A stretch of 64,000 bases of DNA. Source: Vitrella brassicaformis CCMP3155. Lineage: Eukaryota > Protista > Chromerida. The position numbers and the translations under genes were made by a program. This document shows positions 55,273-64,000 of the stretch, in pieces. The DNA lies in NCBI GenBank assembly GCA_001179505.1, contig CDMY01000374.1, forward strand, positions 1 through 64,000, read 5' to 3'. The notes beneath the pieces are model-generated. The model searched no databases. It had not been told where the DNA came from and saw only the letters and a program-made list of their open reading frames with translations. Every line of letters begins with the position of its first letter. Within the stretch, counting starts at the first letter, position 1.

Positions 55273-57820
55273 ATGGCTTCGGGCGTGCCCCTCCCCAAGG
55301 AGACTTCCCTCGACATCCTGAACAAGGCCAATTGCGAAGCATCGGTAAGCGGGCAGTCTTCGTGAGTCAGACGGCATGTCAGCCAGTGTGTGGTCATGTC
55401 AGGTGATGCTTGTGCCGGCGGGTGAACCTAAGAGAGTTCGAGAGCGGCTGAAGAAGGAGGAGAAGAAGTACGATAGAAAGGGCATCGAAATGGAGCTCAC
55501 TGGGGAAGTCTGTGGCGTCGAGGTCGGCGCAAAGCCAGGGTTCAAGTGGGAGAGTGGGTAAGAACAATGCGGAGACTAGGGCGGAAGACATTTTTGATGA
55601 TCGCCCTTCTCCCATGCAATGCAGTGAGGAGAAGGAGGAGGAGATCGATGTGGAGGTTGAGTATGCGTATTTCCGCCTGGCCAAGGAATGGCACAAGCTC
55701 GATCCTGGCAAGAAGATGACCCTGCACACCATCAGCCCCTGCTACATCTCCATCTTCATCGACGGCAGCAAGCACAAGGCCATGGACCGAATGATCCACC
55801 CTAACGAACTGCGGGATGAGAACGGCATTGTGCTTGTCAGGAGTAACCCTCCCTTCGTGTCCTACAACGAGTATTTCCACCAAGAGAGAAACATCGAGGC
55901 TACCGGCTTCCGGCTGCATATGTACAACCTCGGTAGTGGTACAAGTGACACCGTGCTTACGGCTGTGCATGGCGTCGGTCCCGGTGCAAAGGCTTCTGTG
56001 GTCTTGAAAACGAAGACGCCGGCGCCCCGCAAGGAGGACGAGCCTGTGGACAATTCGCAGCTCTGGATGGACCACACAGATCCCTTCTGCCCCGAAGAGA
56101 CCTTCCGCCTTGTGTCTGCAGCCTTCCCTCAGTCAACCCTTCGAGTGCACAAGGAAAACAAGACGCTTCTACTGGATACGCCGACGATCACGACTCCTCA
56201 GGCGAGGGAGAAGGGCACGGCCAGCTTGGAGCACTGGAAAATGACAGGGGCCGCCTTGAGCAAGCCACTTGATTTGTGCCAGTCTTTCTCTGCATGCTGC
56301 AAGCCCTCGGTGTCAAAGGACGACGAGATCAACACGCAGAAGCACACCTCGGGGCGCAGGATCAGTGCCACGTACGGCGTGGCGTCGACTCTGTCGTGTG
56401 AAGGCCTGCCGGAGCATCTGATGTGTGTGGTGAACGACACCGTCGTCATGAAGAAGATCGGATGCTGTGACCGGACGCCTCACCTGTGGCAAGCTGGTGA
56501 ACCAATCGTAATTAAAGGTACTCATAGGCTGCAGAGGACGTGTGGTGCGTGCATTTGATAGTGTCTTGTTTCTGTCCTCAGGGCAAACGGTCCCTATCGA
56601 TCGGAAAGGGGCGGCTCACGACGCAGACACGACAGCAAGCGAAGAGGTCAAGCAGGGAATGAATGCTTTGAAGTCCTCTTCATGTCTCTTGTCTCTCGTT
56701 CCAGAACAAAACCATCTTTGAAGCGTGTGCCGAGGGCTCCGAGGGCGACCTGAAGGCGTTGATCAAATTCATCACCAAGAAAAGGCCCCAAGTGTCTCGA
56801 GGACGCTGACGACGACGGCTTCACGCCTCTGCACTACAGCGCCCAGAACGGCCAGGAGATGTTGGTCAAGGAGATTGTCGAGCGAGGAGGGAAGCACCTC
56901 ATTGAGAAACGGACGAAGGTTCAGGAAGAGCCCACTCCTACACATCTTGCGGCGAAACGAGGGCATGTGTCGGTGGTCAACCTGCTGCTGAAACTGGGAG
57001 GAGACCGTCTTCTCACCATCCAAGACAAAGTAAGTGTCATCTTCGTGCTTTCAAATGACAGACTGGCAGACAGTTCATGCAACTTTCGCGTGTCTGCTGT
57101 GTCTCTTGCGTGTAGTATGGTCGCACGATTGCCGGCGTCGCTGCGGAGGAGGGACAGCTGGCGGTGCTCAAGGCCATCGTCGAGCGAAAAGGCGTCGACT
57201 TCATCCTCTCACTCGAATCCAACGTACACCTGTTTCGCACAAATCATGTCTCCTGCACAAAGGTCTTCGTATTCTTTCAGGGTCGGACGGTTTTCCACGA
57301 CGCTGCCTTTGGTGGCCATGTGAGCGTGTTGCGGCAGCTAGTCGAGTGGAGCGGCAGCCCCCTGGCCCTCAAAATTGGCAACCAACATGGCCTCACTCCT
57401 TTGCACATGGCTGCCAGCGGCAATCGTGTGGAGGCGATGGAGTATCTGCTGAAGGAGGGAGGGGTGACCCTGCTTCAGAAGACCAACACGGTCGGCGGAG
57501 ACACAGAAGAGAAGTGTTCTCTGTTGTCACTCTTTTCTCTTCATTTCCGCTGCGTGCAGTTCCGCAACACCTCAATGCATCTAGCCTGCCTGCAAGGGCA
57601 CAGGGAGGCCGCCATCTGCATGGTCAACAAGCAAGGAGGCCGCGATCTTCTCAAGAAAACCAACAAACATGTAAGGAATGCACGCACAGAGTCATGGCAA
57701 GCGATCTCCCTCTCTCGCCGTCCCTGTGTGTTTGTGTGTGTAAAGGGGAAGACGCCGATTGATTTGGCAAAGTGGAGGGGCCATGGGGATTTAGCGACAG
57801 AGTTGGAGAGTAAGGGCTGA
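55273..57820 (+). pseudogene. Gene R: unrecognised ~370-aa N-terminal domain + ankyrin repeats; probable 1-nt frameshifts
   Basis: Long open exon ~55625-56518, then ankyrins (GFTPLHYSAQNG, PTHLAAKRGH, GLTPLHMAASGN, GKTPIDLAKWRG). An extra A in AAGAAAAGG (56780-83) breaks the frame between TIFEACAEG..FITKK and KGPKCLED. A second slip is likely near 55290. Confidence 0.7.
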
Positions 57821-58496
57821 TGTGGGCGTGCGGGCAGACAACACGGTGGTCTGATGTGGTCTCCTGAGTGCTACTTCACCTTAAGCCGTTAAATGAGGTT
57901 GCGAATCGATGGATGCACTTGGCTATCCACTACACACCACTAAGTCGTCGTGGCGTGTGAATTGCGCTGCCTGCACTGCACTGCATCACTCACTCAAATG
58001 CCTGTCAGACCTTATGGCAAGATTGCACAGCGGGCCCACACACTGCGCGTCAGTCAGGGATTCAGTGCAACACAACGCACCTCAACTGAGTCTCCCCCAC
58101 ATCCATCCATCCATGAATGGCAATACGTCTGTATGTCTCGAGTATGTATGTACATCAGACCAATGAGCGTTACAGCAGCAGAGCATCCAAGCCATCCGTT
58201 ATGCAGAGAGAAAGCTGTACACACCAGGAGAGCTAGAGGGAGTCGTATCATCTGTATCCATGTATCCACCAGCAACAAGGAGAGATCGAGATAATCGAGA
58301 CAAAGAAGGCCAAAAACGGCCCGACTGACTGTCTGTCCGTTCCACCCACCCACCCATAGCACAGACAGATGGATCGTTGATCAGCGGACTGACACCCACC
58401 AGCAGAGCAACCAGCATTCAAAAACACATTCCATCAAGCAGGCATGAATGACCTGGCCCCAAAACGACCCACCCTCACGCCCTCCTTCCTTCCCCC

Positions 58497-59024
58497 TCAT
58501 TTGTCGCCCCCAGCCGCCTCGAACCTTGCATCTTCGTGCGGCCCATCTGGACCGCTCTCCTCATCATCAGACGAGCTGCTCTCGTCTTCTTCCTGGTCGC
58601 CTTCCTGCCTCTCACCAGCCCCACCACCACCACCACCAGCAAGCATAGCGTGCCGCGTCAAGCTCTTCCTCAGTCTCTCAGCCAGCACCTCCCTGTCCAA
58701 TATGACGCTCGCCCCACCGCCACAAAAGTCCCTGTTCTTGACATCCTTGATAAGTGACCCGTCCTCCTCGCTCAAGTCATCATCAGTGGCTATCTCTGCC
58801 AGCTGCCGATACTGGGGGTCCTTCGCAGTGAGGAACTCCAGGCGCACACTGTCTGGCGTGAACTCGATATGCGAGAAGGCCGACTTTCTGTTGGGATTGA
58901 GCACCACGTTCTTGTAGGCCTTGCCGAGCTCGTGAGGCTGCTGGAGGCGCGAGAGGAAGCCTGCTTGCGCCTTGGCACCTTGCAGGGCCTGCGGGAAGAT
59001 CTGCACGAGGGCTTTGCCCTTCAT
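58497..59024 (-). CDS. Single-exon hypothetical protein with acidic C-terminal tail
   Basis: 175-aa ATG-initiated ORF with coding-like composition (..GERQEGDQEEDESSSSDDEESG..); no family recognised. Confidence 0.6.
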   Translation of the reverse strand: MKGKALVQIFPQALQGAKAQAGFLSRLQQPHELGKAYKNVVLNPNRKSAFSHIEFTPDSVRLEFLTAKDPQYRQLAEIATDDDLSEEDGSLIKDVKNRDFCGGGASVILDREVLAERLRKSLTRHAMLAGGGGGGAGERQEGDQEEDESSSSDDEESGPDGPHEDARFEAAGGDK

Positions 59025-59240
59025 TTCGAGAAGAGAAGAAGCAAAACAAGGACGCCCAGAGCCTCACCAGGGGCTGACAGAGGGGAAGAGAGGAAAGACG
59101 CTGAAAACGGATGCGAGCTAAAGTTGCGAGCTCCGATCGCTGAAGACAGGAAATGACGTTTTCGAAAACAAACGGGAGATATCCATCAAGAAGATATGGT
59201 GTGAGGCCGTGAGGCCATCGTCTTTCGCTTACAGAAGAGA

Positions 59241-61164
59241 ATGAGCGTCATCAGAAGCTTTTCGTCATCCCCCGCCTCTGAACAGCAAGCACAGCAGGCA
59301 GGTGCTACCCGGTCCATCTCGTCGCCGTCGGCCAGCGGCTCCCAGCCCCAGGAGCAGCGGTGGTGGCAGCGGGTGCTCTTCGGCTGCTCGTCCGTCACAC
59401 TCCCTCACGACCGCTTCGAGGAGGCTGCCGTCATCACCAGAGTCACGCCAGCCATTGAGAGCATCTTGGACCAACAGGTTGATGAGGATTGGGAAATTGT
59501 CGACTTGGCCGTCCCCGCCGCAGCTGCTGTGGCAGATGACGGCATCATCACCCGAGATGGCGGTGTGGCCGGGTTTGGTGAGGTGGAGAGCAGCCACAGC
59601 ACGACGCCCGTGAGGCGCGAGAAGAGCGGCAGGAAGGAGGGGACATCGAGTGCGGACGAGGAGGGGGCGACGCTGCTGCTGCCTGCGATAGTGATGACGA
59701 GTGGGGACGGGGAGGAGTGTCCCATATGCGGTGAGGAGAGGGGTGAGTTGGTGTGGTTCGGCTGCTGCGAGAGGGTCAGTGGAGATGTGGCCTATCGGGC
59801 GTGCCACGAGTGTTTGGAGAGGCACATCGAGGTGCAGCTCAAGGTGAGCATCTCGTCATGGGCAGACGGACAGACAGACAGACAGACAGACAAACGGACA
59901 GGCGCCCGTGTGTTCTGGTGTGTGTTAGGATCTGTTCTTCCTTCCCAAGCTGAAGTGCATCTGCGGTCAGTCCAACGGTCTGTCTTTCCTCGCCGTCAAG
60001 CCTTACATATCCAAGGACCTCCAGGCGCGCATCCACGAGCTGGCACGACGCGCACTGACTTTCAGGTACGCCCTAGTGCGCGTGGGCTGACGAGACCGTT
60101 TCTCATCATGTGTCGTGTGTTGGTGTGTGTGCTGTCAGGTGTGCGTGTGACGAGACTGACAGTTTGTATCATGAGAGCGGCGGCAACACCGATCGCAGGA
60201 GGGAGGTCATGAGGAAGTGAGTCAAGAAGATGATTGTGTGTCTTCCGCCGTCACAGCCACGTGTGCACATGTGTGTCTGTGCATCACACAGGGTCGGCCG
60301 TGCGGTGCGAGCTCTGGGTGAGGGGGAGAGCAACAAACTCAAACAGGCAGCGTGGAAATACCAGGTCACCACACCACAGCACACGCGCCTCACCAGCCAC
60401 CGAATACTCATACACATGCTCTCCCTTTTCCCACACCTGACTGCAGGCGTATGCGACTGGTGCGCGTGAGTGTCTGAATGAGGTGATCGGGCTGTACGAG
60501 TCGGCGGATGTGGCCGATGAAGGGTCTGAGGGCGCCAAGAGGCTAATCGAGGCCATCGAGGAACCTGAGAGGAAGTGAGCAGACAGACAATCAAACACAC
60601 AGATGTATGTGTATCTGCGTGTGGATGCGTGGGCGGTCATCAGGGTGTCGCTGCATCTGCGCTTCTTGGCCACGTGGCCAAGATTCGAGACGGAGTGCTG
60701 CGAGGACGTCAGTGGCCTATAGCAAACGAGAGAAACACACCATCATGACGGTCATCTATATGTATTTTTTGTGTGTGTGCTCATGCAGATATTCTGTTGG
60801 AGGTGTCAGATGGCCCACGGGGACACCGATGAGTGCGATGCCATGTACGATGAGGACAACTTCCAACGGCTCTTTCAACAGGTCAGTTTTGACACTATCA
60901 ACATCCACACACACACACACACACATACACAAAGCGTACGCTCTGTCTGCAGGAAATGTCTATCGAGCCGAAGCACTGCCCAGAGTGCGGCATCGCCGTC
61001 CTGCGGTCAGAGGGATGCAACCAGGTGTGCAGTCACATTTCTCGTCTGTCGCGCACACCCACATCTGCATCTCTGTGTGTGATGGTGTGCAGATGACGTG
61101 CGTGTGCGGCGCGTCGTTCTGCTACGTGTGTCTCACCACGAAGGGCGACTGCCACTGCGACTGA
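59241..61164 (+). CDS. RBR (RING-IBR-RING)-type E3 ubiquitin ligase
   Basis: RING1-like CPIC..C..CHECL, LKCIC; IBR-like FCWRCQMAHG; RING2 KHCPECGIAVLRSEGCNQMTCVCGASFCYVC. Middle exons are uncertain. Confidence 0.8.
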
Positions 61165-62162
61165 CGACGGGGGCGTGATTGTATAGGCCTGCTTGTCTGT
61201 GGAGATATCTGTGTATCGATGTGTATGTATTATTTGTGAACTTACTCTGCTGGGATGAATGGGTGCGGTCTTGACTGCTGGCCCGAGAGACTCACTCTGA
61301 GGTTGTTTTTCTTCTGGCTGTCGATCGATGCATCATGTCATGTCTCTTCTGACGATCTCATTGCTTGTCGTCATTCATTCTTGCATGGCGACATGGCACG
61401 AAGGCGAGAGACGCATAGACACAGACAGCCAATCCTGTGCACTGTTTTCACCTATCGCAAGCCAATCGATGAGCGCGTGATGAGCTGTGACGTATACATA
61501 CGTATTTGTGCACACCTACACGTCAGTCATGTCATGTATACCGTCCATACACATCTATACACGTCTATACGCATCAACAACAGACACGATTTGCTGTCTG
61601 CCTGTCTGTCTCTATGCATGTGTGGGTGTGGGTGTGGGTGTGGGTGTTTTTGTAATCAAGCAAAGATGTGTCTCCTCCCTCCCCATTTGCTGTTTGGGTG
61701 TCCGGAGGTGCAGAGAACCTGCCCACCTGCCTGTCCGCCTCACTGTCTGTCTGTCTGTCTGTGTGTCTGTGTGTCTGTCTGTCTGTCTGTCTGTGTCTCC
61801 ATTCATCTGGATCTGCGTGTGTGTGCATTCATCTGCCTATGTGTATAATCATCATGATGTGTTTGTGTATCATATGATGCGATTCACTCATTTCACGTTC
61901 GTGTGTTTGCATGATGACAGGGTGTATGCTGAAATCTCTATTTACACACATAATTCCGACAGACTCTTCACTTGCATGGGTGTGTGTGCATGTACTTGTG
62001 GCTGCTGTATCAATTGATTGAAATTGCGTTTCCGTCCGTCCGTCCGGCTGCAGCGGCTGGTGTCTCGACACAGGATCGATCCTGTGGGGGCTCGGTGGGG
62101 GCCCCTCCCGGTTCCCCCTCCCTCCCCTCTCCTTTTGGAGCGCGAAAAGGCATCGCCCCATC

Positions 62163-64000
62163 ATGTCGGCCGCTCCCCGCCTCCGCATCGGTCGCAAGGA
62201 CCTCACATTCAACGAGGCAGACAGGCTGGGTGAGCTCGAGACCTTCGCGCACCACACCGTCAGGGGAATGCGTGTGTGTGGCACTGTGGGTGTGTTCAGG
62301 GAGGGGGGGCTTCGGAACGGTCTTCAAGGGCATGTGGAAAGGTCAGCCTGTGGCTGTCAAGGTGGTCGACGAGGACATCAGACAAGAAATCGACAGAGAT
62401 GTGGGCAAAGCGATACCTCCCGAATGAATGACGACTGTTACGAGTGTCTTTTGCTCATGCAGGACCTCTACGACGAGGTCTTGAAGGAGGTGGAGCCGAT
62501 GCTGCACGTCAAACACCCCTATGTCATCAAGTTCCTGGGCATCTGCACCGACAAAACATATGGGCCCATGATCATCACAGGTGAACTCTGCTGTCTGCTC
62601 GTCGCGCCCACTTGCCTGCGGATTGTTTTCATGTGTCTCAGAGTTGTGTGAAGGGGGCTCGCTGCAGTCGTATCTCGAGAGTGGGGAGCCCCTGTCAGCC
62701 GACCTCCGCGCCAAGTTCACCAAACAGGTGAGAAACAAATTAGGGCAGTAAGCCGAATCATCATACCGGCTCTTTGCTCCCTGACAGATTTGTGAAGCCA
62801 TGCAAGCTTTTCACGACCATGGCGTTGTGCATAGAGACCTAAAACCTGGCAACATACTCGTAAGCTGCACGCTGAGCCGTGCATTGTCCATTTGCTGTTT
62901 GTTTATGCTGCAGGTGACCAAACTATTTGACCTGAAAATCACAGACTTCGGTCTCGTCATTGACCTCAGCAAGACACTGTCGACGGCACAAGGCGGTAAA
63001 GAGACGCATACAGAAAGAGACTCCGATTCAAATACACATCACACGTCTATGTGCAGGGGCTGGCACATTTTTGTACATGGCCCCTGAGGCACTCGATTCG
63101 AATGGTGAAGTCAATCCAGCACCAAATAATGTTGTGTTCATGCATGGCTTGTGTGGCAGCCAAGGGGTTGACGACAGCGGCGGACATCTGGGCCGTCGGG
63201 GCGATCATCCTGCAGCTGCACGGCGTCTCAGTGCAGGTTCTGTTTAAGTGCCTCGTCAGATTGCGGAAGGTCCACCGAAGCGAACCCAAGACAGAAAGAT
63301 AGAGTGCTATAGCTGGAGCCATTGTCACTGCCTTTAATATATGCAGGCACCCGACATTCCCGACTCCATCCCTCCACAGGCCAGAGACATCATCAAAGTA
63401 AGCGGACTGCTGTTTTCACATCGATTGCCGTACTTCGGAAAGGCCCTTGTTTTTCTCTGCGTGAAATGGATGATTCATCAGAAATGCTTTGCCGAGAAGC
63501 CCGCCGATCGGCCCACAGCCAAACAAGTCACATACAAGCGATCCGACACGGCAAATTGAGGGTGCTGATACGTCTGTCGCTTCTTGTTCACAGATTCTCG
63601 AGAAGCTGGGGGTCTCGTACGTGCCCTCAACTCAACAGGGGGCTGCTCCGCATACTCGGAAGGGCCCAATGGGGTGGCTGTTAGGAAGCTTCAAACGACA
63701 AGGTGCGTCTACACATGCTTAAGCTGCACACGATCGATCGCATACGTGTTTGTCATTTTGTCTCGTTCTGGCCTCCAGCGGCTGTTTCGCATTCTCCGAC
63801 AAGTGCATCGTCCACCAATGTGTCTGCCGTCGGGCACTCGTCCAGTGTGCACATGAGCACGGCCAACACCACAACGGGGCCGCCCAGCAGTGTGGCCAAG
63901 ACCTCTCAGCCGCCCCCACAGCACATTGGTCGGGGAGACACACACACACAGAGGGAGCCACACCTTTCGATGCTCTGTCGGTGTCGTGCAGCGCCTCCCG
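62163..64000 (+). CDS. Gene Q: divergent TKL-like kinase paralog, open as far as visible, 3' end beyond the window
   Basis: [52 protein letters not shown]. It has the same intron positions as G1/G3/O/P and a similar Ser/Pro linker. Confidence 0.82.

Noticed and set aside
58497-59024. Weak resemblance of the orphan ORF to Pcc1/LAGE3
   Set aside because: The similarity is too sparse to support by eye; left as hypothetical.

Overview
Intron-dense eukaryotic genomic DNA with short GT-AG introns full of (GT)n/(CA)n tracts. A plastid-targeted SQD2 and this intron style suggest a photosynthetic chromerid-like alveolate such as Vitrella; this is inference only. The left end is a degenerate Ty1/copia LTR retrotransposon. 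The dominant feature is a dispersed family of TKL-like protein kinase + ankyrin-repeat genes: six complete copies plus one kinase paralog running off the right edge, arranged in nested inverted blocks. Most ankyrin repeats sit on their own phase-0 exon of about 102 nt. Their sequence differences concentrate at the ligand-facing positions. Some copies end in a CCVIM/CCMIM CaaX box and others do not. One copy is a tandem double kinase and one has an in-frame MORN-repeat block inserted. Six of eight kinase domains carry stops or frameshifts, while most ankyrin arrays stay open. Two of the copies sit head-to-head with other ankyrin proteins, an ankyrin-calpain and an ankyrin protein with an unrecognised N-terminal domain. 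Interspersed ordinary genes are SQD2, a SET methyltransferase, two MFS transporters, an OsmC/Ohr-like protein, a PKA-like kinase, a coiled-coil protein, an orphan and an RBR E3 ligase. Gene models were spliced by eye, so boundaries are approximate where stated.
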